Shown here one piece after another: positions 27,700 through 41,700 of a stretch of DNA of 64,000 nucleotides. Under the pieces are notes generated by a model. That model saw only the letters and a program-made list of their open reading frames with translations, made no database searches and was not told where the DNA came from. The DNA lies in NCBI GenBank assembly GCA_964016885.1, contig OZ024743.1, positions 80,166,001 to 80,230,000 of the forward strand. The letters are read 5' to 3'. Position numbers and translations under genes: made by a program. Positions within the stretch are counted from its first letter, which is position 1. The number at the start of each line of letters is the position of its first letter. Source of the stretch: Eledone cirrhosa (Eukaryota).

Positions 27700-30580
27700 A
27701 ACAGTATAGGCTGTAGTAGCTAGAGTGACAACAACAACAACAACAGTTTAGGCTGTAGTAGGTAGAGTGACAACAACAACAACAACAGTATAGGCTGTAG
27801 TAGCTAGAGTGACAACAACAACAACAACAGTTTAGGCTGTAGTAGGTAGAGTGACAACAACAACAACACCAACAGTATAGGCTGTAGTAGCTAGAGTGAC
27901 AACAACAACAACAACAGTATAGGCTGTAGTAGCTAGAGTGACAACAACAACAACAACAGTTTAGGCTGTAGTAGGTAGAGTGACAACAACAACAACACCA
28001 ACAGTATAGGCTGTAGTAGCTAGAGTGACAACAACAACAACAACAGTTTAGGCTGTAGTAGCAAGAGTGACAACAACAACAACAACAACAGTTTAGACTG
28101 TAGTAGGTAGAGTGACAACAACAACAACAGTTTAGACTGTAGTAGGTAGAGTGACAACAACAACATCAACAGTATAGGCTGTAGTAGCTAGAGTGACAAC
28201 AACAACAGTTTAGGCAGTAGTAGCAAGAGTGACAACAACAACAACAACAACAGTTTAGGCAGTAGTAGCATGAGTGACAACAACAACAACAACAGTATAG
28301 GCTAGAGTAGCTAGAGTGACAACAACAACAACAACAGTATAGGCTGTAGTAGCAAGAGTGACAACAACAACAACAATAGTTTAGACTGTAGTAGCTAGAG
28401 TGACAACAACAACAACAGTATAGGCTGTAGTAGCAAGAGTGACAACAACAACAACAATAGTTTAGACTGTAGTAGCTAGAGTGACAACAACAACAACAGT
28501 ATAGGCTGTAGTAGCTAGAGTGACAACAACAACAACAGTATAGGCTGTAGTAGCTAGAGTGACAATAACAACAACAGTATAGGCTGTAGTAGCTAGAGTA
28601 ACAACAACAACAACAACAACAGTATAGGCTGTAGTAGCTAGAGTGACAACAACAACAACAATAGTATAGGCTGTAGTAGCTAGAGTGACAACAACAACAA
28701 CAACAACAGTATAGGCTGTAGTAGCTAGAGTGACAACAACAACAACAACAGTATAGGCTGTAGTAGCTAGAGTGACAACAACAACAACAGTTTAGACACT
28801 AGTAGCTAGAGTGACAACAACAACAACAATAGTATAGGCTGTAGTAGCTAGAGTAACAACAACAACAACAACAACAGTATAGGCTGTAGTAGCTAGAGTG
28901 ACAACAACAACAACAACAGTATAGACTGTAGTAGCTAGAGTGACAACAACAACAACAGTATAGGCTGTAGTAGCTAGAGTGACAACAACAACAACAACAA
29001 CAGTATAGGCTGTAGTAGCTAGAGTGACAACAACAATAACAACAGTATAGGCTGTAGTAGCTATAGTGACAACAACAACGACAACAACAGTTTAGGCTGT
29101 AGTAGCTAGAGTGACAACAACAACAACAACTGTTTAGGCAGTAGTAGCAAGAGTGACAACAACAACAACAACAACAGTATAGGCTGTAGTAGCTAGAGTG
29201 ACAACAACAACAACAACAGTATAGGCTGTAGTAGCTAGAGTGACAACAACAACAACAACAGTTTAGGCAGTAGTAGCAAGAGTGACAACAACAACAACAG
29301 CAACAGTATAGGCTGTAGTAGCTAGAGTGACAACAACAAAAACAACAGTATAGGCTGTATTAGCTAGAGTGACAACAACAACAACAGTTTAGGCAGTAGT
29401 AGCAAGTGTGACAACAACAACAACAGTATAGGCTGTAGTAGCTAGAGTGACAACAACAACAACAACAACAGTATAGACTGTAGTAGGTAGAGTGACAACA
29501 ACAACAACAACAGTATAGGCTGTAGTAGCTAGAGTGACAACAACAACAACAGTTTAGACTCTAGTAGCTAGAGTGACAACAACAACAACAACAGTATATG
29601 CTGTAGTAGTTAGAGTGACAACAACAACAACAACAACAACAGTATAGGCTGTAGTAGCTATAGTGACAACAACAACAACAACAACAGTATAGACTGTAGT
29701 AGGTAGAGTGACAACAACAACAACAACAGTATAGGCTGTAGTAGCTAGAGTGACAACAACAACAACAGTATAGGCTGTAGTAGCTAGAGTGACAACAACA
29801 ACAACAACAACAGTATAGACTGTAGTAGGTAGAGTGACAACAACAACAACAACAGTATAGGCTGTAGTAGCTAGAGTGACAACAACAACAACAGTTTAGA
29901 CTCTAGTAGCTAGAGTGACAACAACAACAACAACAGTATATGCTGTAGTAGTTAGAGTGACAACAACAACAACAACAACAACAGTATAGGCTGTAGTAGC
30001 TATAGTGACAACAACAACAACAACAACAGTATAGGCTGTAGTAGCTAGAGTGACATCGACAACAACAACAACAACAACAGTATAGGCTGTAGTAGCTAGA
30101 GTGACAACGACAACAACAACATCAACAGTATAGGCTGTAGTAGCTAGAGTGACAACGACAACAACAACATCAACAGTATAGGCTGTAGTAGCTAGAGTGA
30201 CAACCACAACAACAACAACAGTATAGGCTGTAGTAGCTAGAGTAACAAGAACAACAACAGTATAGGCAGTAGTAGCTAGAGTGACAACAACAACAACAAC
30301 ATTATAGGCTGTAGTAGCTATAGTAATAAGAACAACAACAGTATAGGCTGTAGTAGCTAGAGTAACAACAACAACAACAGTTTAGGCAGTAGTAGCTAGA
30401 GTGACAACAACAATAACAACAGTATATGCTGTAGTAGCTAGAGTGACAACAACAACATCAACAGTATAGGCTGTATTAGGTAGAGTGACAACAACAAGAA
30501 CCACAGTATAGGCTGTAGTAGGTAGAGTGACAACAACAACAACATCAACAACAGTATAGGCTGTAGTAGCTAGAGTAACA
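27700..30580. repeat. About 39-bp minisatellite with variable (ACA)n
   Basis: Unit acagtataggctgtagtagctagagtg plus (aca)n; followed by a CCA/CAA tract to about 31110. Confidence 0.97.
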
Positions 30581-31542
30581 ACAACAACAACACCATCACC
30601 ACAATGCCAACAACAACAACACCACCACCGCCACCACAATACCACCATCATTCCCACCACCACCCCAATACCAACAACAACACCACAACACCACAATACG
30701 AACAGAACCAACAGCACCACCATCACATTACCACCACCAGCCCCACAACACCACCACCACAACACCACCACTACCACCACCACAACAACACCACCACCAC
30801 AATACCACCACCACCACAATACCACCACCACCACCACCACCACAACAACACCACCACCACAATACCACCACCACAACACCACCACCAACACCACCACAAC
30901 ACCACCACCAACACCACCACAACACCACCACCACCACATCACCACCACCACAACACCACCACCAACACCACCACAACACCACCACCACCACCACCACAAC
31001 ACCACCACCAACACCAACACCAACACCACCACCATCACAATGCCAACATCACCAACCACACAATACCTCCACCACTACAATACCACCAACAACAACAACA
31101 ACAACAGCAAGACTAAATAATGAACCAATAAAAAATAAAACATAAATATCAAAAATTAAAACCAGAATCAGACAAACATAAAAAAGATAGCAAAATAAAA
31201 AGTCATTAAAGCAAGATTATATTTTATTAAAAAAAATGTAATTAACCATTTGGAAATGGAATATTTAGAAGTGTGATATCTCTGGTGTTTCTGTAAAGTA
31301 TCTGGATATGTAATATCGTAATAGAAGATATTTCATATAACACATTCAATACAAGGATAACCCCGGCTCTTTTAATAGCATCCAGATACACTCACAAAAA
31401 TCGATCGATCGATTGAACGATCGATGGCAGCTTTTCGTTTAAATATATATGGGGGGGGGGAGTATGTGTGTGTGAGTGTGTGTGTGTTACTTATTGGCAA
31501 CATGACCCTCCCAAAGTATAACAATATGTATATATAAATATA

Positions 31543-31736
31543 TCGGAAAAGAGTCAGAACTCCGACCGCAGAGCTCAAGCCGTTTCGACAACTATTTCTG
31601 GACGGAAATAGCTGTCGAAACGGCTTGAGCTCTGTCGTCGGGGTTCTGACACTTTTCCTATTACCCACTCTACTACCCAAAGTATCGAGTATCTGGTGCG
31701 TTATGGTCCACCTGGTTCCTTACCACACTTCCTTCT
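31543..31736 (+). mobile_element. Family B fold-back cassette
   Basis: Inverted arms around atttctggacggaaat plus tail; abuts a 35-bp PLE terminus at 31490-31525. Confidence 0.9.
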
Positions 31737-31749
31737 TATATATATATAG

Positions 31750-31796
<47 letters not shown>

Positions 31797-31798
<2 letters not shown>

Positions 31799-32813
31799 TA
31801 TTTCTTTATTAGCCACAGGGGCACAAAAGAAGGGGACAAATAGATAGATAGATAGATAGATAGATATATTTCTTTATTAGCCACAAGGGCACAAAAGAAG
31901 GGGACAAATACAAATGGGGAGTTTACATACAGGTATATGAAAATAAAACTATTAATACAATAACAAATAAGAATTGAAATCCCCAATAGGAGGGAGGTGT
32001 TACACAGGGGTTGTACACACCCCGAAAAAATGTACAACCCTCATCTCCAGGAGCACCAAGAGTGAGTACTCCCTTCCTCTCTTCCTCTTTTTCCTCAACC
32101 TACAGACTTATATAGAGAGAAGGCCCAACCACTTGGGCCATCTTTGCCACATTCACCCACCTTTTATAAAATTTGCTGGGGTACAGCACCTCTCTCTCCA
32201 TCCTGATTCTTCTTCCAAAATGATTTTGAAAAAACGAATCAGTTGCTCGCCGGAGAGAAAGGTGTCTGACCTCAGCCCTTTTAACCTCGTCCACCATATA
32301 ACCTCTTTCACCATAACCATAACACAAAGGAAAACCGCCTCTCCCTCGTTTTTGAAGGAGGGCGGCGGTTTGATCATGACAATGGACTCGGTGGTCAACT
32401 GGATTGGTCCCACCCGCGACAATAGTCGTTCTACATAGTCCCACAGGTCGGTAACGCCCGGGCAGTGTACAAATGCATGTGCGACGGTTTCCTCGTCGTG
32501 CACGCATCTCGGACAGATCTTTTTCGAAGGGTCCCTACCCGGGCGCCCGTGTCTGTAGAGCTTGTCTCGAACTGGTAGAGCTCCTCGGTAGCACTGCCAG
32601 GCCAGGGACTTTTGGAAGTTGTCCATTGGTCCCGGGCGGAAGGTCCTACCGAACAGACTGGCCAGTTCGTCCTCCTCTACGCCTAGAGTTTGTCCGAGCG
32701 TGTCGTCGCACTTGCTGCGGACCAACCCTCTATAGAATGTCGAAGTGTAGTCTCCACTGATCGCCGGGTCCGTTTGCCAGAGGACTGTGAGCGCCTGAGC
32801 ACATTCGATGTGC
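31797..32813 (-). mobile_element. 5'-truncated Tx1/L1-type LINE (ORF2 C-terminus plus 3' UTR) in (GATA)n
   Basis: ORF with LAWQCYRGALPVRDKL (zf-RVT-like) and CPRC..EETVAHAFVHC zinc knuckle; frameshift near 32215, stop at 32100; AATAAA then (ATCT)n. Confidence 0.85.
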
Positions 32814-32929
32814 CAGATAGATAAATAGATAGACAGATAGATAGATAGACGACAAATGCCAATGTGTGTGTGCATAAACACAAAACTTTGAGTATGGATA
32901 TATATTCATACATATGTATGTATGTATGT

Positions 32930-33358
32930 ATGAAAGAGACTAACATCTATGCTGATACATTTGAGGCATCTCGAATCGCATACGAGAAAGTAAAGTGGGA
33001 TGTGAGGAAGGGCATTGCTGTTGCATTTCCAGACAGCGAAGGTCCTCCTATGGCGTTGACATGCAGCGTCTGTGCGAGACTCTGCCTAAGCAAAGCTGGA
33101 CTCGAAAGTCATCTTCGCAGTCATAAAGTAAGACCAGTGGTTGACTACCAGGCTGCTGTTGGAGATGCTACTCATCATGCTTGCCAATCATGTGGTAGAG
33201 AATGTAAATCAGCAGGAGGGCTCAAGCGACATGCAAAAGTACATGAACTCCAACCACAGCCGGCTATTCCCAGTGAATGTTTTGGTTGCCAACTCTGTGC
33301 AAGACATTTTAGATCATTGGCTGGGCTAAAAAGTCACATTCGATCGCAGCGCTGTTAA
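32930..33358 (+). pseudogene. Fragment with three C2H2 zinc fingers, resembling an RTE-clade LINE C-terminus
   Basis: FEASRIAYEKVK then CSVC..SKAGLESHLRSH, CQSC..SAGGLKRHAKVH and CQLC..SLAGLKSHIRS; no TGEKP linkers; microsatellite flanks. Confidence 0.65.
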
Positions 33359-33435
33359 TTGCTATCGTGTGTGTGTGTAGATGTATATTATTATTGTTGT
33401 TGTTGTCGTTATTATTATTGTTGTTATTATTATTA

Positions 33436-33672
33436 GGGGGGATCATCAACAATAGATGGTGGGGGGCTCTCAAAAGAGAGATTAGAGTAACTTCAATAGA
33501 GTTTAGCAAAGAACTAGCGTTAGAGAAAAATAGAAAGGAGGGGGAGCTGGTAGATAAGTTAGACGAGGCTATTTGTAGTGGCATTGCAACTAACGTGCTA
33601 GCGGCCAGAATGGCATTAGACCATTTCTTCAATACGAAACACGAAGGTTGCATTGTCAGAGCTAAGGCACGT
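33436..33672 (+). pseudogene. Internal fragment of a Tx1/L1-type ORF2 (linker between endonuclease and RT)
   Basis: WWGALKREIR...HEGCIVRAKAR matches the W-x-x-x-K-x-x-I-R and G-x-x-x-R-A-K/R linker pattern. Confidence 0.65.
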
Positions 33673-33677
33673 AATAT

Positions 33678-33870
33678 AGGAAAAAGTTTAACCCCGACGG
33701 CAGAGCTCAAGCCGTTTCGACGGCTATTTCTGGACTAGAAATAGCCGTCAAAACGGCTTGAACTCTGCCGTCGGGGTTAAACTTTTTCCTATTACCCACT
33801 CTACTACCCTAAGTATTGAATACTCTGGTGCGTTATGGTCTATCTGGTTCATTACCACACTTCCTTCGTT
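33678..33870 (+). mobile_element. Family B fold-back cassette
   Basis: About 55-bp arms around a ggact loop, plus a tail ending in (TA)n. Confidence 0.9.
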
Positions 33871-33873
33871 ATA

Positions 33874-33906
<33 letters not shown>

Positions 33907-34192
33907 ACGACATCATGCCTCTGATACGGTATGGGGACTAAGATACTCTGGTACGAAGGGTCTGCAATTGATAGGATTGCTGCACTACGAAGTATATGGT
34001 ATTAATTTATCTGGTAGTCCCAACTCACAAGAAATCAGATATTGAAGCTGATTGTTGTCTGATGAACTTTGTCATTTTACAATACAATAAATAGGTTTTT
34101 ATTTTAATTTTATTTAACCGAGTAATTCTAGTTTGTGTAGTGTTTCTCGTATAGATTTGTCTGTTTTTATGGGTAGTGTTGCCTTTTGGGTG

Positions 34193-34239
<47 letters not shown>

Positions 34240-34276
34240 TTCACACACCTTATCTCTCTCTCTCTCTCGCTTGCTC

Positions 34277-34310
<34 letters not shown>

Positions 34311-34316
34311 ACGCAA

Positions 34317-34383
<67 letters not shown>

Positions 34384-34453
34384 TTCACACACCTGATCTC
34401 GATCTCTCTCGCTTGCTCTCTCTCTCTGTCCCCCTCTCTCTCTCTCTGTCCCA

Positions 34454-34599
<146 letters not shown>

Positions 34600-34974
34600 T
34601 GAATTTATAGATAAATCTATTGATATACTATTTTTGAAGAAAAGGAGCCCAGAAAGACGTGTTAAAAGCAATCAAGTTAGAGGCTCACTCTGTAAGTTAA
34701 TATTCCAAGTAAGAGTTAGCAGCTAAACAATAACAGCAACAACAAAAACAACACCAAAACAACAACAGCAATAGCAGCAGCAACAACAACGACAACAACA
34801 GCAGCAGCAGCAGCAGCAACAACAAAAACAACAATATATCTAAACTTGAGTCCAAGTCAAATGAGAGAATTGAAAAACTTCTGGAGAGAAACGCTATCTT
34901 TTTTCTACCAATTAATGAAAAAATGCTTCTTCTTCTTCTTCTTCTTCTTCTTCTTCTTCTTCTTCTTCTTCTGT

Positions 34975-35400
34975 TATCCCATCCCTCCCCCTCCCGTTAT
35001 CCCATACATCCACCTCTCGTTATCCTATCACCCCCTCCCGTTACCCCCCATCCTGTTATATCACCCCCCCCCCCCTTTCCAGTTATCCCATACCTCCCCC
35101 TCCCGTTATCCTATTCCTCCCTCTCCTGTTATCCCATTCCTCCCACTCCCGTTATCCTACTCCGCCCCCTCCCGTTATCCTATTACTCCCTCTCCTGTTA
35201 TCCCACCCCTACCACTCCTGTTATCCCATTCCTCCCTCTCCCGTTATCCCGCCCACCCTCCCGTTATCCCATTCCTCCCCCTCCCGTTATCCTACTCCTC
35301 CTCCTCTCGTTTTCCCATTCCTCCCCCTCCCGTTATCCTACTCCTCCCCCTCCCGTTATCCCATCCCCCTTCCCGTTATCCCGTCCTCCCCTCCCACCCC
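34975..35400. repeat. Pyrimidine-rich degenerate repeat
   Basis: Recurrent cccctcccgttatcc(c/t)a after a (CTT)n tract. Confidence 0.85.
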
Positions 35401-35578
35401 TCTTTCCTCTTGATCCAGCTAAACTATGTTACCCCCAAAACTCAGCCACATTTATATTCTGTCATTATATTATATAAAGGACACCATTGGTATCACTCTA
35501 GACTAGGTATTCCTCAGTTTGCGACATTTGTGGGCTGTGGCACAGTCAAATTTCATGTCACAAGTCCTGTTGTACGGC

Positions 35579-36175
35579 ACTCCATTAGGTACCACATTCT
35601 ATCTTACCATACGTCAGTCATTCCATTCGGTACCACATTCTATCTTACCATACGTCAGTCATTCCATTAGGTACCACATTCTATCTTACCATACGTCAGT
35701 CATTCCATTCGTTACCATATTCTATCTTACAATACGTCAGTCATTCCATTCGTTACCACATTCTATCTTACCATACGTCAGTCATTCCATTCGTTACCTC
35801 ATTCTATCTTACCATACGTCAGTCATTCCATTCGTTACCACATTCTATCTTACCATACGTCAGTCATTCCATTCGGTACCACATTCTATCTTAACATACG
35901 CCAGTCATTCCATTCGGTACCACATTCTATCTTACCATACGCCAGTCATTCCATTCGGTACCACATTCTATCTTACCATACGTCAGTCATTCCATTCGGT
36001 ACCACATTCTATCTTACCATACGTCAGTCATTCCATTCATTACCACATTCTATCTTACCATACGTCAGTCATTCCATTCATTACCACATTCTATCTTACC
36101 ATACGTCAGTCATTCCATTCGTTACCACGTTCTATCTTGTCACACGTCAGTCAGTTCATTCGTTACCACATTCTA
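35579..36175. repeat. 41-bp minisatellite, about 14 copies
   Basis: Unit attccattcggtaccacattctatcttaccatacgtcagtc. Confidence 0.95.
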
Positions 36176-36488
36176 CACTTTTCTATCAGTAAAAAAACAA
36201 CCCAGTACAATACATAACAAAAACAACAGGAAATATACGGTTGACTGACCATATCCTAAGGGGCGTGGTTTGTCCATATAAGGATATATCCATCCAATTG
36301 TAAATTTTCTTCATGGGATGTTGCAGAAGTTTTAGAATGAATTGATTGTATTTTATACATAGAGATAGACATATTTACATATTTACGGCCGTCCAGTGTA
36401 GAAGATGCTGAAGGTTCGGTCACCCTCATGTCTCTGATTTTTTCAGCCCCATGGATTTTGTCTATTGTATTCCTTTGTTATATTTCAA

Positions 36489-36546
36489 ATACCTGATGAT
36501 GTCACCGGATTCATACTGAACCCGGTCATTGAAATGATCATAGTAT
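36489..36546 (+). ncRNA. Type I hammerhead ribozyme
   Basis: atac-CTGATGA-..accgg-a-ttca-tac-tgaa-c-ccggt..-GAAA-t-gatc-a-TA-gtat; palindromic ATGATCAT stem III; (TA)n about 50 nt downstream. Confidence 0.8.
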
Positions 36547-36972
36547 AATAAGCCTTTTAAGGAATTACACCAGTCCAGCCTCATGTTATTTTAATTTTAT
36601 ATATATATTATAGTTGTATATATAAACAACTCAATGGAAGTCAAGAAAAAACAACAGGGAATGGTGTTTTGTTTAAAAGGAAGACAGTTCATTAATATCG
36701 TAGAAATTTCTTTCAGCTCCTTTCTTTTTCCTGCCGCCATCTTTGTTCTTGTTTGACAGTTTTGTGTGAAATTGTTGAAGATGTTAGATGCAGTGGAGTG
36801 AGAGAATTACGATGGAGTGACCAGAAAGGGGTAGGTTTAAAAGAAGATGCAAACCACTGGAGATAGCTAAATATATATATTCTTATATATATACTCATAC
36901 ATATATATTTATACGTACATGGGTATATATACAAATCTGCATATATATTCATATGCATATCCATACACATAA

Positions 36973-37032
<60 letters not shown>

Positions 37033-37068
37033 CTGTGCATACAACTTTATATGCATATACATACACAC

Positions 37069-37106
<38 letters not shown>

Positions 37107-37488
37107 GTATATGTGCATATACCTTTACATATATATATATATATACGTATCTGTGCATAAACATTTACATATATATATATATACGTATATATGCATATAC
37201 CTTTATATACATACACACACACACAAATATACACATATATATATGCATACGCATACACATACACACGTACACGGCATGGAGTTTCCAATGATATTTGAGT
37301 GTGAAGATTATTTCTTCATATATATTCTGCTTCAGTAAGTGACTGCGTAAAATTATTGAATCTTTCGTTCTGATAACAACTGGCTAAATAAGCAGAGAGT
37401 CAGAAAGGGGATGCTACATTAAACATACTCTTCTAGCGAATAGATTGATGATAGCTAAATAGCTGGATTAAACTCGACACAGACACAC

Positions 37489-37525
<37 letters not shown>

Positions 37526-37554
37526 TAAACTATATATATATATACACACACATA

Positions 37555-37605
<51 letters not shown>

Positions 37606-38224
37606 ATTGCTCTAAGGACCTACCCTCGTCGAGTGCTTTGCTAACTCATTCATATCGTAGGTCGAATTTGCTTGCACACCGCCAAAGATTCGATTTTACT
37701 AAGCCTCCAATTATATATATATATATATACACAGACACATAAAGAATATATGAATATATATTATATAATATATAATAGTATATATAAAATAATATATCTA
37801 ATATATATATATATATGTGTGTGTGTGTTTGTGTGTGTGTTTATAATATATATATATAGAGAGAGAGAGAGATAGATATATATATAGATATATATAGATA
37901 TATTATAGATATATAGATATATATTTGTGTGTATGTGTGTGTGTGCGCGTATACTGCAACAGGCAAAGAGAGAGAAAGAGGTGCATATTTGAATGCGTAT
38001 ATATGTGGATAGGCCTTCGCACACATGTATGTATATATATGTATACTTATATATAGACAGTCTGGGATAATAAAGAAAAAAAAAGACGATAGGAAAACAG
38101 AATAGATCTATATATCTATTCGTCTATCTATCTTCATTAATCAATCAATATACCTCCTGAACTATCAATCCGTTCATTTATTAATCTTTAGTCTGTTTCA
38201 GCCGAGCCACGTTGCACACATGCA

Positions 38225-38281
<57 letters not shown>

Positions 38282-38293
<12 letters not shown>

Positions 38294-39413
38294 TGTAGTT
38301 GTCTGTGCGTGTGTCCTCATTTTTGCAAAGTCTATATAAATCCGCATTTCTACTCCGATTGACTTCAAACTTACATTTATATATTCCTTGCTGTCTAAAG
38401 ATATTAACTGCAGCTTTTATTTTTCAATTTTCTGTTGTTAAAGGGGTGTTAGGCGCCGGTTATCCATCTCCGTCGCGCCCTTATAATATCTGGCTGTATG
38501 TCCGGCTGTCTGCATTACGACATTCTGACAAACATTGATGAAGTATTATGTTCGCTATTTTCCGTTCATTGCCAGGGAACGTCTTCACGAACCAAAGTAT
38601 CGTCTTCCTGTTTTCCTTCGGTTGCAACGTTTTTCGAAATATTTACTTCTGCGTTCACAGATTGATGTTTTTTAGTTTCAGAAGATCCCGTTAAGGGTGA
38701 AAGCAGCGATTCTTTGTTTAAACTTTATTCTGTTATTCTAATTTATAATATAAACGAGGCAAGCCAGCCCAGTTGCCACTTCTTGCCAATAAACATTAAC
38801 CCTTTGTGCGCCATTCATCTAACTGTAGACCAACAAATACCAACTAAACGGAGCGTTGACGAGAACGATGACGAGATAAGCAGTTTCCTCCCAAGCTGTT
38901 AGTTCACGCGGGATTCTCTACTACACCTTTTCGTAATAATACCGAACAACGTACTGCTGGTCACTCCTTCCTCCAAAAGCCGTACAAAGCGGACATCTGC
39001 ATCGGGCAGATGGATCGGGTGCAAATCTATACCAGGCCTACGCCAGAAATTCGATAGAGAGAAAGAGTAACTTAGTGGAAAGAGTGCGAATGAACTTTTG
39101 AGGTAAGTAGCCTACGCCTTACTGCTATGACACTGGAACCTTCTGCCAACTTAACCTGTGACTTTCTCTTTCACATTTACTCCAATAGGCCAAAACAGAG
39201 GAGTATGAAAAGAAGGGGCTCAACAATATTTATATGAACAATGCACGTAGACAGCTAAACTGTACTTTCAACTTCTTAATTTTCTCCAAATAAAACAAGT
39301 TTCCTGTCGGTATATATTCTTGAGTTTTTAACAGGCACTCACAAATAAACGTTTCTCATTGGAGGTGCTATTACCGATGTTGTTACCCGTGCAATGCCGG
39401 GATACACTGCTAG
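38282..39413 (+). mobile_element. Non-autonomous Helitron
   Basis: tatatataaaactgtagttgtctgtg start, cccgtgcaatgccggg hairpin and CTAG|T end. Confidence 0.7.
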
Positions 39414-39986
39414 TATATATATATATATATATATAAGAGAGTATTGAAGTTTGAAGTTTGCTTGAAGCATTGTGGAATAAGGTAAATTTCCTTAAGTCGT
39501 TTGGAAGCCTCGACAAAGCTGATGGGTAAATCTCCGGTTAACAGGATTCGGTGGTGGAGAGAGAGATGTAAGTGGGTGTACATTGAGATGCGTGGCGTGT
39601 ATAAGACGTTTAGAGGAATGAAGGAAAGAGCATAAAGGATAAAAATAAAAATAACAACACTAGAGAGAGTTACCTTGGGAGAGATTTAATTGTCCCTATA
39701 TATTTCGGATTCACATCCATCAACTGGGGTTTTTTTCCGGGTGGGGGGAGGTGTGTGTCGGAAAGGTGCGAAACGTGTCCTCCGCTGTTCGTTGTTTTGA
39801 ATATCTGAGGTATTCAGCAGAGCGCGCGTGCGCGTGAAATGGGGTCGGTCAGGCAGAGGTCAGCGGCTGAAGTAGTTCTTTCAATTGTGGGAGTGGGGTG
39901 ACGCTAGCTGTCAGTCCATTCTCTGCCTGTTTAGTGAATGTTACTGTGTGTGTGTGCGTGTGTTGTTGCCTTGTTCCTCTGCGTGT

Positions 39987-40687
39987 GTTCGTCCACTACA
40001 AGTCCGCGCTCCCTAACAGTGCCAAAAGAGGATACATCACGAACGAGATCGCGCGAATCAAAAACAGATGCAGCGATCCCGCGAGTGGTATCACTCATAC
40101 CAAGCGATTCCTCGAGGTGCTGGAGACGAACGGGTACCCTACCTCGCTCACAGACAGAGTAGGAGACACCAGGCACAAGAGACTGAGAGGCACCCAAGGC
40201 GAGTGCTTCCTTAAAATGCCACACCTGGGCGAGAATACCACCAACGCTATCCGCAAGGCTATACAGAGGGAGGGCCTCGACATCCACCTGGCCCACTCGG
40301 GCCCCTCCCTGCGAAGATGCCTCTCCAGGAAACCCGGGAAATCAACTAACGCGTGCTCCCTCAGAGACTGTCCGATGTGGCCATGCGAACTGTTGCCTAC
40401 GCACATACGTCGTGTATAAGATAGAATGTAACAAGTGCAACCAATACTATATAGGTAGCACAATTCGGCCGTTGCACATCCGGATCAAGGAACACACTAA
40501 AACCAGGGCCTCGTCTTTCCGGAAACACATAGCCAAATGCGGAAACAAAGACGGAAGGCCCATTGTCACAATTCTAGCGACAGAAACGTCGGCAGGTTAC
40601 GTATCAAGGAAGCACTTTGGATCTAACGCCTAGGGCCACAATTAAACAACCGATCCGAGAGAAGCGAAATGAGGTGGATGGTTTAAG
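39987..40687 (+). pseudogene. PLE RT-thumb plus GIY-YIG endonuclease, frameshifted (possibly Naiad-like)
   Basis: HYKSALP..R..NRCS..NGYP, then VYKIECNKCNQYYIGSTIRPLHIRIKEH and KEALWI..PQLN. Confidence 0.85.
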
Positions 40688-40811
40688 TTAACAAACGATG
40701 CAGCAACACACGCACACACACACATAAGCGAGACAGCAACACACGCACACACATACACACACAGTAGCATTCCACCATACGAACATACTACACTGCCAAT
40801 ACAGAGGAACA

Positions 40812-40844
<33 letters not shown>

Positions 40845-41097
40845 AAGCGAGACAACAACACACGCACACGCACACACACACAGTAACATTCACCAAACAG
40901 GCAAAGAATGGACTGACAACTAGCGCCACCCCACTCCCACAATTGAAAGAACTACTTCGGCCGCTGACCTCTGCCTGACCGACCCCATTTCACGCGCACG
41001 CGCGCTCTGCTAAATACTACAGATATTCAAAACAACGAACAGCGGAGGACACGTTTCGCACCTTTCCGACACACACCTCCCCCCACCCGGAAAAAAA

Positions 41098-41133
41098 CCC
41101 CAGTTGATGGATGTGAATCCGAAATATATAGGG
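41098..41133 (+). ncRNA. Hammerhead-shaped motif with altered core (mirror at 39694-39729)
   Basis: ccc-CAGTTGA-t-ggat-gtga-atcc-GAAA-t-at-a-TA-ggg. Confidence 0.5.
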
Positions 41134-41335
41134 ACAATTAAATCTCTCCCAAGGTAACTCTCTCTCGTGTTGTTATTTTTATTTTTATCCTTTACGCTCT
41201 TTCCTTCATTCCTCTACACGTCTTATACACGCCACGCATCTCAATGTACACCCACTTACATCTCTCTCTCCACCACCGGATCTTGTTACCCGGAGATTTA
41301 CCCATCTGCATTGTCGAGGCTTCCAAACGACTTAA

Positions 41336-41412
<77 letters not shown>

Positions 41413-41700
41413 TTGATGTCTTCCGTTGTTTCCTCTATGAAAAGGTTAAAATTCTCTACCGACACACACAGTAGAGATCCGACGAACATTTGATTCCAGA
41501 GTCCAGCTAAATCAATACAGACTGAACCTTGAGCTGATCAATAGCGAAACGTGCGTCACTACTCAATATATATCAAAATTAAAATGCTGAGTTAAAAACT
41601 CATAATGTTCCCCTATATTCAAATAAGCTCAGGGAAGAAATTCGGAGCTCTTTATAACACAGTAAAGAGAAAATAACACACATATACATACATATATATA

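Larger units (their letters stand above)
39435..41336. mobile_element. Penelope-like element with inverted terminal duplication
   Basis: Arms at about 39490-39965 and 40860-41335 are reverse complements around a GIY-YIG remnant; the left arm is about 55 nt longer; (TA)n on both sides. Confidence 0.9.
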
